From positions 16,678,001-16,742,000 of the forward strand of contig CM120641.1 of assembly GCA_051362555.1 (NCBI GenBank): a DNA stretch of 64,000 bases. Reading direction: 5' to 3'. The notes under the pieces are model-generated. The model was not told the DNA's origin. It saw only the letters and a list, made by a program, of their open reading frames with translations, and ran no database searches. Below, one piece after another: positions 41,301 to 52,289 of the stretch. Position numbers and translations under genes: made by a program. This DNA is from Lingula anatina (Eukaryota > Animalia > Brachiopoda). The first letter of the stretch is position 1. Every line of letters starts with the position of its first letter.

Positions 41301-42643
41301 AATATTTTTTTGTTTTACGTTTCATATCCCAATGAAATGTCTAATTACACTTGAGCCAAAGTGCCTGTCTGTCACGTGATATAATAATAGCAGTTCGAGA
41401 TAAAAAGCCCTTTTTTGTCTCCTCATTTTTGCAGTGATTAAAATTGTTTGAATGGCAATAATAAAAAAATGAAATAAAACAAATAAACTAAAAAAAAAAA
41501 ACTTTACCAAAGCACTACAATACAGTTACTGTATCTTTATTGTCCTCAATTCATTACTTTCGATTTTATCTCCATAAAATATTTATGTGACATTACATAT
41601 AATACAGATGAGATTTTCACTTTCAATATCAACAACTTTGCAAAGCATTTAAAAATCTTTTATATTATATACTTTTTACAAGGGGAAGGGAACAAAAAAT
41701 AATCTGGTCCCTCCTTCTGAGATCCTTGATAAGCAGTTGTTTGTAAAAAATGCAAGAGAGAGATGAAATATCGAAGTAAGGAAAAAAATGGACAAAGATC
41801 AAGTTGACATTGGCACTATGAAGAAAGGGTAAAAATGCTTGAATGGCTATCATCATCTTCTCAACATCTGTATCATGGATTATTCCAATTTGACATTCAT
41901 GTAATTTTTTTAATTTTAAATCTTAATAATAAAGGTGGGAAATATGGAGCCTTGGCAGTTGACTACCTCCAGTCTATAGTATCTGGCCACAACAAAGCCT
42001 AATGAGAACAGTTTCTAAAAACTAACACTGAGTCATGCACATTCTTGCACTCCCTTTCGTCTAAGCTTTATCGTGGTGTAATCTGCGTTATAATATTGAC
42101 CAAAAGTTGTAAACAACCTAAAAAGATATTTTCCCATTTGCGTGTCATTTTCAGATTTACTCTCATTAATCTCTTTGGAAATTAGCGCATCTCATTCAGT
42201 TTCATTATCATTTTATCAAATGGATGCAGAACTTCGAGATGATCTTCGAAGCTTTAGTTACCTGAATACCCCTACATGTACATGTACGACATTGACATGC
42301 ATAAATCACGCGTGCCGCAAGACCCAAATTTACAAAAAGTTTTTTTCGACTTCATGTCAAACAACCTGTGCTTTTCTCTTACCCTTCTTAAATCTCTCGC
42401 CATTTGTGAATCATCCTCTTTGGTCTTAGCCTTTGGGTTATCACCGCCCCTGGGAGTCGTTGGTTTGGAAGAACTTTGGCTTCTCGGTGATTTAGCTGTT
42501 GTTTTATTTCTTGGACTTTTGGGACCATTTTTGACATCAACTACTTTTACGTCCTCGACGCTCTTGATGCTTTCCTCTCCACCGCTATCCTGAGCGCCGC
42601 CTTCCAACCCGAGTTTCAAAAGAGGTTTGTTTTCGTCGGCCAT
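29392..42643 (-). CDS. PDXDC1: Pyridoxal-dependent decarboxylase domain-containing protein 1 (multi-exon)
   Basis: Exons include 42643-42383, 41107-41031, 40618-40544, 40341-40252, 40077-39922 (LWLSRMFR), 38731-38542 (FYHEDEREGLIRLCRLALH..EGYEALYSRPPVIYLSSAA), 38106-38038, further exons at ~37380-35257, 33576-33507, ~33134-32926, ~30744-30533 (EIEESSKFLEKMSEIVRKGIEAANEDLKKENEEKL), ~30224-30121 (VGSLVSWWSPP..GVKGRTFNL) and the last exon ending at 29392 (STEETYKYHMQ). These motifs are typical of PDXDC1. Not all internal boundaries were checked. Confidence 0.9.
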
Positions 42644-44008
42644 TTTTCTCTGGTTACACGTCGGAGTGCCACCAGAGGGTACGTTCAGTTTGACGACAAC
42701 GCAAAATTGTCTTTTTTACTGTAGTTTTATTGTTTTTCTTATCTCAAAGGTAGAACATTTTCACTTTCTATCATTTATATACCACATTTGTAACTAAATC
42801 GTTCACCCTTCCACTAGAAAGTTATGTCGTTAAAATATCAAACGCTTCTGCGGTAAAATGAAAATTCGCAAGGAATGGTGGAATCAACAGGTAGATTCCG
42901 TGGTAAGTTCTGGGGGTTTGATTATGGCAAAGTTCATGAAATGATAATTATGAAATTAATAGGCCCTTAAAATGCAAGAGAAGGATACTGGAGAATTCAG
43001 ATGACACCAACACATACAGAACATTTAGTGTCAAGTGACCGTATTGCCGCCGACTGTAAATTAATAGATCTATCAATTTGATATTCATACTACGGAGCAA
43101 AGGCTGTACATTACAAAGATTCATTTAAGTTGACAGTGGCAGTTGTCGTCACTGCCTGTAAAAAGTCCGAATGATGTATTTTGCCTAGCATCTCAACCTT
43201 TATGTAGCTGCATAATTCGCCCCGAATTAAATCGAGGATAAGATTTTAATTAAAATAATGATTTTTTTTATCCTTTAAAAAAAAATAACAGGTAACTAAC
43301 TGTTAAGTACTAGCAACAGTTTATTGCCATAAGAACTTAATGTAAAACAAAGGCCATTTATTTTGTCCCTTTAATAGTTTATTTTGTGACGTGGCTTCAG
43401 TCATATGATATTGTATTACCTGAAGGTGAATAAACACAGTCACCTGAATACACTCATACATTGCAGTTGACAGTGACATGAGTCCAATGCTGGACTATTA
43501 TTTTCTGGTCTAGTGCCTCTAGTGCATGAAACCCAACAATAGGACATATAGCTATGCATTGTTGTTCTTGTTTGGTTAGAAATACAGCTTTCAAAGCAAG
43601 GGTAGAGAATTACTAGTACTATGTAATAATATGTTAAAGAGATACATGTTATATTCTAGACATTATGTTCAGGTAGTCTTATTCAAAGCTGTCAACTTAA
43701 TTTTGTGGTGGTGCCCATTTAACTTTGTGAATTATTTTGTATGTTCTCTTTTTCCCCCAGTAACTACATATATGCATTTCCTTAGTTTTTAAGTTATGTA
43801 TTTGAAATACTTAACATCTTTTTAAATTAAGGTTTATTTATATTTATCATGATGATTTGCTGTATTGAATAACTAATTCCATTTAGTACTCAGAGTATTC
43901 AATAATACTGTAAAATAAAACTGAAATTCATTCTTTTTTTAATTTCAGATATGCCCCTTTAATAGACAGAAGGTTTAAAGGAATCATCTGAGACAGAACG
44001 TAAGGTCC

Positions 44009-46261
44009 ATGGGGAAATCAAGCAAAAAGAAAAGCAGTATGGCAAAGAAAGGGAATACTAAACAAAAGAGACTTGTCAATGCCTTTGAAGTTGTGAACAT
44101 CACAAAGTCCTTGGTCATCACAGACTTCTTTCATTTTTTCTATGCTGGTGGTAAAGTTTGCCTTCTGCCATTTCTGACTTTATTTTTCCGTCAGTTGGGA
44201 TTGAGTGCGACACAGGCTGGGATAATATGTGCAGCCAAGGCATTGGTGGGCTTGGTAAGCACACCACTGTGGTCTGCTTGTTCGACTAAGTGCAATGTGA
44301 GGAGAGTGACATTGATGAGCTCCATATTTGTGATGATTGCAATATACCTGGCTTTGACTTTGGTGCCACCTGTGAACCAGCCTGGCAAGGAGTCCCTCAT
44401 GTTCTGCTCTCAAAACCAAGCCAACCAAAACTCGGGACACAACCCACAGACATCTAACAAGACTGTTGTTCATGTGACTCTACCTAAGATGCCTTCAACT
44501 GTGACAACAGTATTTATTTCTACAACAGCAACAACATTATCAGACAAAGAAATGGCAACTAATTCATCCCAGAGTAAGCAGAAGGAAGGTTCTACACCAC
44601 CATCACCAAGCGTAAGTCCTTCAAGTTCTGCCAGTCCTGCAGCTGAAACAACAGCAGCTGCTGGAAAAACAACAACTGGGTCAGAAAATAATGAAGCTTC
44701 TGGTTCAGGCTCTGACAATACTAAAACTGTTTCCTCAGCTCACTCCAACTTGGCCGAAACAACACCATGGTTTTCCTCTACTGGATTTGTTTCATCAACA
44801 TTTTCTGTTTCCCAGGGTCTCCTGTCAACCACAAGCCCAGCATCTGACATTGAAGTTGGTGAAAGGAAGCCTGACGTCCACTTGTCAAAGGCACAGATAA
44901 AGATGTTGATCAGGCAACTTGGACTTACAAGAGAGGACTTGATAAGTATGACCAATAAAGAACTTAAAGTCTTATTGACAGAAAGGTTAAAGGAGTTAAC
45001 TGCGCTTAAAAAAGCAGGGAACAAGCATGGTGAGTGGAATTCAAATCTAGAGGAAGGGGAATCTTTTGGAAGAAACCCATATGACCAATTTGAGAGAAAC
45101 AGTTTTCAGGGTAGGATTAATAGACACACTGTACACAAGAGGTATGCCAATGAAACTAAGGGACTGCTGGATAAGTTGAAAGACCTGAAAGAAAAACTGT
45201 CTGCCAGTGAATATTACAGTAAATACAAGACTTTCCTGGTAATTATGTTTGTTCTTCTTCTTGGAGAATTCTTTGCGGCTCCAACTGAGAAAATAGCAGA
45301 TGATGCCTGGTATGACTTTCTGGAGAATGTTGATGATGTGGAGAAATACGGCCAACAGGGATTCTGGGCTCTCTTAGCTACTGATATTTTTGCTGTGGTC
45401 ATAGCACTCATTGTGGACAACACTGACTGTGTCCTGAGCCTGAACATCAACCACTTCATGATCCACTTCTACATGTTTGCTGGCCTCATGACTCTGAGCC
45501 TGCTGGTTGGTTTCTGCTACCCTCTGACAGGCAAGTGTAAGAGTAAACCCAGGAGAGGTGCTGTGATGAAGACTGTGAGACTTCTCTGCTGTGACCTGAG
45601 GTGTTTCACCTTTGCGGTCTCCACTCTGGTCATGGGGATCATCCGAGGCAGTCTCTTCAGCTTTCTTTTCTGGCAGATTGAAGACCTGGGTGGTACGGAG
45701 ATAGTCATGGGTCTCACCATCACTGTGGCAGCATGCGCAGAGATTCCAATGTTCTTCATGGGTGGGTGGCTTGCCCGTAAGATCAGCAGCACTGTTTTGG
45801 TAGGCACAGCCCTGGTGGCCCAGGCAGGGCAGTTGGTCTATTTCTCCTTCCTGTGGAGTCCCTGGGCTGCTGTTCCCATACATGTTCTCAATATGTTTAC
45901 AAGCACTGGCTTTTGGAAGGCAATGGAAACGCACCAAGACTTTTCCACCAGCCACCACGCAGGAATAGGAAGGACAGTCAAGACGTTCTTGAATGCTATA
46001 TACAATTGCCTCGGATTTGCCATTGGGTGTGGCCTTTCAGGGTGGCTGTATGATCAGTTTGGCATTGCCATTTTGTTTAGAGGGGCAGCAGTGCTGTGTG
46101 GAGCTTGGTTTTTGCTGTTCCTTCTGCTGCAGAAGTGTGTTCCCAAAAAAGAGAGAGTAGAGTACATCAAACTACTAAATGCTGATGATGACACATTCAG
46201 TGATTCCTCAGATAACTTGTATGAAGATGACTGGTTAAAAAATGCCATGAAAGAAGCATGA
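44009..46261 (+). CDS. MFSD6L: Major facilitator superfamily domain-containing protein 6-like (MFSD6/MFSD6L family), single coding exon, 750 aa
   Basis: FFHFFYAGG..CLLPFLTLFFRQLGLSATQAGII N-terminal MFS motif, a long Ser/Thr-rich loop, YGQQGFW, FLFWQIEDLGG, C-terminal TM helices and a DSSD..EDDWL tail. An acceptor tttcag at 43948-43949 indicates a 5' UTR intron. Confidence 0.85.
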   Translation: MGKSSKKKSSMAKKGNTKQKRLVNAFEVVNITKSLVITDFFHFFYAGGKVCLLPFLTLFFRQLGLSATQAGIICAAKALVGLVSTPLWSACSTKCNVRRVTLMSSIFVMIAIYLALTLVPPVNQPGKESLMFCSQNQANQNSGHNPQTSNKTVVHVTLPKMPSTVTTVFISTTATTLSDKEMATNSSQSKQKEGSTPPSPSVSPSSSASPAAETTAAAGKTTTGSENNEASGSGSDNTKTVSSAHSNLAETTPWFSSTGFVSSTFSVSQGLLSTTSPASDIEVGERKPDVHLSKAQIKMLIRQLGLTREDLISMTNKELKVLLTERLKELTALKKAGNKHGEWNSNLEEGESFGRNPYDQFERNSFQGRINRHTVHKRYANETKGLLDKLKDLKEKLSASEYYSKYKTFLVIMFVLLLGEFFAAPTEKIADDAWYDFLENVDDVEKYGQQGFWALLATDIFAVVIALIVDNTDCVLSLNINHFMIHFYMFAGLMTLSLLVGFCYPLTGKCKSKPRRGAVMKTVRLLCCDLRCFTFAVSTLVMGIIRGSLFSFLFWQIEDLGGTEIVMGLTITVAACAEIPMFFMGGWLARKISSTVLVGTALVAQAGQLVYFSFLWSPWAAVPIHVLNMFTSTGFWKAMETHQDFSTSHHAGIGRTVKTFLNAIYNCLGFAIGCGLSGWLYDQFGIAILFRGAAVLCGAWFLLFLLLQKCVPKKERVEYIKLLNADDDTFSDSSDNLYEDDWLKNAMKEA

Positions 46262-48658
46262 GATTGGAAAAAAATAGTCATATATCTCAGCATGCAGTTG
46301 ATGTGGCATTAAAACATTCTTTTGAATGAAAACTTACAGTGTATTCTATAGGACATTAAGATACAGCTGCCTTTTGTATAAAACATGAAATATGCCTTAC
46401 CTTACTTGTCAAATTATGCAATTATAGCAAATTTTAACATATTTTTTCATATTTTACTCAGACAAGTTTGTCTTCCAAATTTACATTTACAGTATATATT
46501 CCATTTATTGCTGCTGCAATTTTAAATGAAAAAGAAAAAATGATGCACGATTATCAGCTCCCTTCCCCTTGTTCTGCATTTTCAGGTGCATAATTGATAT
46601 TACATAAAATTGGTGGTGCTTCCTTATATTACAATCAGCACAATATCTCTTCCATAGAACCTGGCTGTTGGTGGGTGCAAACAGTTTCCAGCAAATACAC
46701 AGACTTCAGCATTATCTGGTTGTGATTGTTGGGTTGATGTTCTTTTTAAACCATTCCAGTTTTATATTGGTTGGGTGGATATAAGGGTTCTTTATTGGTT
46801 CTTTACAGGGTTGTTGTACGTAAGAATGATTTATACTCCTACATCAATATGCATGTTACAATATGCAATTTAGAAGCTTTACAGTTGCCAGTGCTTGTTC
46901 ATTATGTATCAATTTCTGAAGAAAGAAAATTTCCACTTTTCATTATTATTATAATTAATGCCTTTATAATTTTTTGTTGTTGTTGTTTTTATAGTATGAT
47001 TTAGTATAAAACTTTAATTTGTATTTGATTTCATTTTTGTTACACATTCCTTAAATTAAAAAACAAATTGAAACTTACAGAAATTTTACCATATTCTTAA
47101 TAGTCTATTTGGTCATTTTCCATAAGAAATAAGACTTAAAGATGAATATATTATCAACAAGTTGTTATGTATTTTGGCAATAAAATCAGTGAGAAGTCTC
47201 TATCTGCTTGGGTCTTACCATCTGTATTGAGGCAGGAATATCATATGTCCATAAGATTTTTTCCTCTGTGAAACCTTTAAATAGCTTGATGATTAATTTT
47301 CACGATGAAATAACTGCAGTCTTTCCTGTCTAGTTTTATATGGGCATTAAAGATGGTTTAATTCCAGCGTATTGAAGCTTTGGACTTTCAAATTAATTTG
47401 ACTTGCAAATCCATATTGGAATTTAATATATAACATAGGTTTATTTATGTCTTTTTACAGTTCAAATGTGAATGCAGTTGTGTTTACTCTGTTGTTGTGT
47501 TATTTTAATAAGTTAATTATGTTAAAATCTCTTATGTCTTAGTTTGAATTGGTTAATCAAAATGGTATGAATACCTGTCTCAAATATAATTTTTTTTCTT
47601 GAGAAACAGTTATACAGAGTAAGCATGGTAATAAGAAACAGTTTAAGTATATGCATTGTTGGAAAAGAAACTACACATATTGGACATTCATGGGTGTCTG
47701 ATAATTTAGTTTATTTGCTACATTTTGCTGTAAGCATGCATCTGTTTTTGAAGAATCATTTTGCTTGTGTTGACTTATAGGAGTAAACTTTCAGAGTCAT
47801 TGGAGGTATGAAAGAATGTGTGGGGAAATAGTCTGTATTTGTTACAATTTTTTTTTATTTCAGTTGTCATTTTTTTTGTTTTTCCTTGTTGAAGTTCTCA
47901 AAAACTTGTTTTGTATGTCCCTTGTCTCATGAACAACTAAATATTATGTTAACCTTACTGATATTGGTGATGGTGAAAAATAAAGGTACCTTATGACTTC
48001 ATTCATAACTGTTTGCCTGCAGTTCTGAATTCATTTTTCTCTGAAACTCACCATGTTGGAATGAAACATTTTGCATTTATTTTAATAGTGACTTGTCCAG
48101 ATTTAGCACTTACATGCACTAAGTAGGTCTGAAAATTTTAAACTCTGTGTATGGTATCTGATACTGACACTGAAACTGATATGCTTTTTTCTCTCCCCCC
48201 CACCTCCATATAGTTACTGGAGAGCCGAGAGTCGATATCAGGCAGCAGAAGGGAGGTCTGTGTTTTACGCAGTGATCATGAGATAGTGAACCAGCATTAT
48301 CTTCCAGACAACAATTTTTTTTACTGAGAACTGGTGAGAAGGGATGGTACAAATGCTTTGTTAAGATGTCTCAGATGAAATGTTATTCACCAGTATTAGT
48401 TGGAAATTGATTTTATTTTTTATTATGGCTGGTAAGGACAATATTTGGATATTTTCGTCATTTTTATTGATTTGAAAAAGAAATTTGTAATTCAGGACTA
48501 TGCATAAATAATGACGTTTATAGTGCCCTACAGGCATAATGATCAAGGCTGCATAAACGAGCCAGCTTTTATATGATAAAAATTGCCAGTATGAGCAAGG
48601 AGCTGTATGTATTGTATGAGATTATCAGCTTTGTGGTTTATTCTAAGTACTTGCAGAC

Positions 48659-49786
48659 ATGGTTTGTTGTAAACTGAAAATAATGAAAAATGCATTATCA
48701 ATGAAGAAGCAACGGGCAATTCATCTGCTTCAAATCATGTTGCTTGGATGGGTATGTTTCACATTTACATGCTTTCAAGGTCCAGCCGTTACTTCTGGGC
48801 GACGTAGGATGTTGATCAACTCGACTAAGAGGGTTGCAGCTACTAGTACTACCGAATCCTCAGCGTGTATTGTGCCGGAGCCTATATGTGCCATGAAACA
48901 AGACAAAGCACATCTGTGGTATCACATCAGAAGGTATGGGTACACCATCAATATTCCCCGTGCTTGTAAAACCGATAAAGGCAGGCTATTTCTTCTTGTT
49001 TTTGTTATTTCGGATCCAAACGATTTTAAAGGAAGGGCACTTTTTCGTCGCTTCTGTGGAAATATAAAGGAATTTGAAAAGAAAGAAATCAAAACTTTCT
49101 TTTTTGTCGGGCAGGCGATAACGGGGACAGAAACGCGTGGTCACTACAACATAACAGATGAAAGCAAAATGTTTGGTGATATAATTCAAGCGGATTTTAT
49201 AGATTCGTATCAGAATATTACATTGAAAACTATCCTGGCGTTCCGTTGGATAACTCAGTTTTGCCCAAGTGCTCAATACATTTTACGCTGTGGACACGAT
49301 GTGTTTATAAACTATGAAGAAGTTGTAAAATATCTGTGCAATATTTCCGCAACAGGTTTGACGTCAAAACTTTTCACAGGAGACCGTCATAGTGCGCTCT
49401 CTCGTGTCTGGCGAAATCCTGACAGTAAATATCACCAGACACTCGAGCAGTACAGTGCAGAGAGATTCCCAGCTTTCATATCAGGTTGGGCGTCTATTTT
49501 TACCTTTGATGTTGTCTACCTGCTTCACTGGGCCTCTTCTGGAAAACATTTGTTCATAGAAGACGTCTTCATGTCCACGATAGCACAAGAACATAACATA
49601 ACTCTTCTTCACAACAGACATTTCTTACAGTGGAGCGAAAGATGGCCCAAGGCAACTGGTGAACTAGTTCGTCGGCTCAAATGCCGTCTGAGACGTGCGT
49701 TGTCTATTCACGGCGCGCCCCAAAATCAAGACTTTTGGAGATTTTTGAACAACACCGCCAAGAGGAAAGACAATGTCTGCAAGTAG
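48659..49786 (+). CDS. Beta-1,3-galactosyltransferase-like protein (GT31 family), single exon, divergent catalytic motif
   Basis: Type II TM near the N-terminus, LLVFVIS, DESKMFGDIIQADFIDSYQNITLKT, WITQFCPSAQYIL, FPAFISG, FIEDVFM. The usual DDD/DxD motif reads GHD. Confidence 0.85.
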   Translation: MVCCKLKIMKNALSMKKQRAIHLLQIMLLGWVCFTFTCFQGPAVTSGRRRMLINSTKRVAATSTTESSACIVPEPICAMKQDKAHLWYHIRRYGYTINIPRACKTDKGRLFLLVFVISDPNDFKGRALFRRFCGNIKEFEKKEIKTFFFVGQAITGTETRGHYNITDESKMFGDIIQADFIDSYQNITLKTILAFRWITQFCPSAQYILRCGHDVFINYEEVVKYLCNISATGLTSKLFTGDRHSALSRVWRNPDSKYHQTLEQYSAERFPAFISGWASIFTFDVVYLLHWASSGKHLFIEDVFMSTIAQEHNITLLHNRHFLQWSERWPKATGELVRRLKCRLRRALSIHGAPQNQDFWRFLNNTAKRKDNVCK

Positions 49787-50316
49787 TGTATATCATATTA
49801 TTAGTTATTCTGGTTCACAAATAAACGCCAGTCAACCTCAGTATTGCAAGTGAGTTTGATATTAGAATAAAAACAACCCGAATTGAATTTACAACTGAAA
49901 GTTGAAGCTGTTTATCAAGTCCCACGCTTTTCAAAGGGTATAAAAATCCACTCTCAGCCTATGACAGTTATATATAAATTTCGGGTAGTAGTTATTAATG
50001 AATATAAGTGAATGGAATAAATAAATTCTATAATCATCTTTTGAATTGACAAAGTTTTTGCTCTCGTCCTTTTGACATCCCGGTGCTGGTCAAAATCTAG
50101 GGCGAGGCTCACCTGTACAAATGAATAGGACGCGGACTCCCTGTTATGGGGGACTCTCTGTCACGTTACACCGGTTCCACTAGCACTTATTTTACGGGTA
50201 GGGAAGCGTGTTGGTTTATGTAACTTTTAAAACTCATGCACAGTCCGTACGTACCATAAACGTACCGTTGACAAGCGGATATGAATTTAATATAAACATT
50301 CTCCTGAAGCAAATAT

Positions 50317-50492
50317 TGGGGGGCGTCTCGATAGTCCGAAGGTTCATTGGTCCGAAGGTTCATTGGTCCGAAAAGTGGTAACATTTTCATCGATTTTTTA
50401 ATCAAGGGTTCATTGGTCCGAAGGTTCTATAGTGAACTTTCGGACCAATGAACCTTCGGACTATTGAACCTTCGGACTATCGCTACGGCCCC
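50317..50492. mobile_element. Small element of inverted 17-bp tandem repeats (GTCCGAAGGTTCATTG) with GGGGC termini
   Basis: Repeats at 50334-50372 and 50407-50430 are mirrored at 50437-50482; the element is flanked by CAAATATTG on both sides. Confidence 0.65.
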
Positions 50493-51263
50493 AAATATTG
50501 TATATAAAACTTACAGGAACGACAACTCTTCATATAAGATTGAAATTTCACAATAATTACATATAGTAAACAACAGATAAAATGTAATAAATTGCATTTA
50601 ACCATCCAAACGGCGGTTAATCGCAATATCCGGACATTGCGAGAAAGTGGACCGTCATTGATTGCTACCCTCCCTAATAATCACTAAGGAAGAAGCTTCA
50701 TTTGATAAAAAGGAAGGTTGAAGTCAAAAATCTGCATGATCAGATTATTTTTCGATTATTTTACAAAAGTTGTTGGAATTTTGCCATGTATTTTGCGACG
50801 TTCGCCCCTTAAGTGCCGAACCATATTTTTCGTTGTTGTTATTATTTTAATTTATCTAAAAAGCTTTCTTGAGAAAAAAGGAAGGCTGACTTCGAAATTC
50901 AGCATGGGCAGACTACTTTTACGAATTTTTAATTTTGTAAAAATACTTATTCATTTAGTTATTTATAGATGTTCTCCCCACAGCTGACCTCACAAGTGCC
51001 AAACCACATTTTTGATTTAATTCAAATATGTTAGAAAGTTGTTCAGTGAAAAAGCAGGTTTAGTTCGAAAATCAACATGAACATTATTTAAAATTTTCAC
51101 GAAAGTTCTCCTAGGCCTATCTTGCTAACATGTTTGTTGCATCGATGCATATAGAATTACAGTTTTCACTAAGTCTAGCAGACCATGCATTTTACTGTAG
51201 GTTGTCATTTTTGATAGAGACAACAATTCTTTGGTAGAGCAAAGCACTTGTTGGTGGCCTGTG

Positions 51264-52254
51264 ATGGATCCTGATGATGAGGTCCTCTCTGATGTACATT
51301 TATATTGTAAAACAACTGCAAATGGGACACAGGGAAAGTACAAACGTAAGTTGACTGTTCGCCACCGTGCCTCAGTTTTCGGTCGGTCCCTCATCCCTAA
51401 CTTAAATTTTCTGTAGGAGTCCTCACCATAGGAATCCTATAGGAAATTGGCCCAAAATCCAATATAGTCTTATAGGACATATGTCCTACTAGTAGATAGG
51501 AATCCTATAGAAAACTGACAGGGCGTCTGAAAATGATATACATATACAAGGCACATAGAATAATTAATTCATATTGACTCTGGCCCATAACGCCCTGTAC
51601 TTTAGGATTCCTTTGCTACAGAGTCCCATAGAGTCCTATAAGACTCCTATAGGAAATTTTGGAAAGGATAATAGCCCAACACTGCTGTAAATAATTAAAA
51701 TCACAAGAAAAGAGCATTTAAGTGGTTTGCATGGCTTAAGGATATGTATAAAATCTAGGGGAGGGGGGGGGGAGGCAAAAGGAGGGGACACAAGGTGGGA
51801 TGACAGCTTTTGAACTACATGTATGTAATTCATTTCTTATAATCTAATAGAGGGGTGTCATTTTTTTAGGTAGAGTATAATGTATTGGCGAGGTAAGTAC
51901 AAAAATAAATGTATTAGTTCCTTTCTTTACCTTTTTCAGCATGTGCCAATGTACTCAGTATAGCATTTAAAGATAGGTACATGAACACAGTAGGTTTAAT
52001 TCTGAAGAATAGCATGCAGCTAGTAAATCACCTCTTTTGGAGCTCTAAAATTTTTGTCTAGTCACACACTGCTAGAAAAATTTAGTCAATCAACGATGCC
52101 GTCAATAACTGCTATGAATAAGGTAATATTTATCTGCTAGTCTGCCAACTATGCTGCTGTGAAATCATGAGCCTGTGCAGACCACCATCAACTGACTTAA
52201 TTCTGAATCTGTGATTAAGAGAAAATATTGATATGAGTAGTAATTTTCATGCCA

Positions 52255-52289
<35 letters not shown>

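Noticed and set aside
44180-46293. Numerous antisense and alternative-frame ORFs over the MFSD6-like gene
   Set aside because: Shadow ORFs of a real coding exon.
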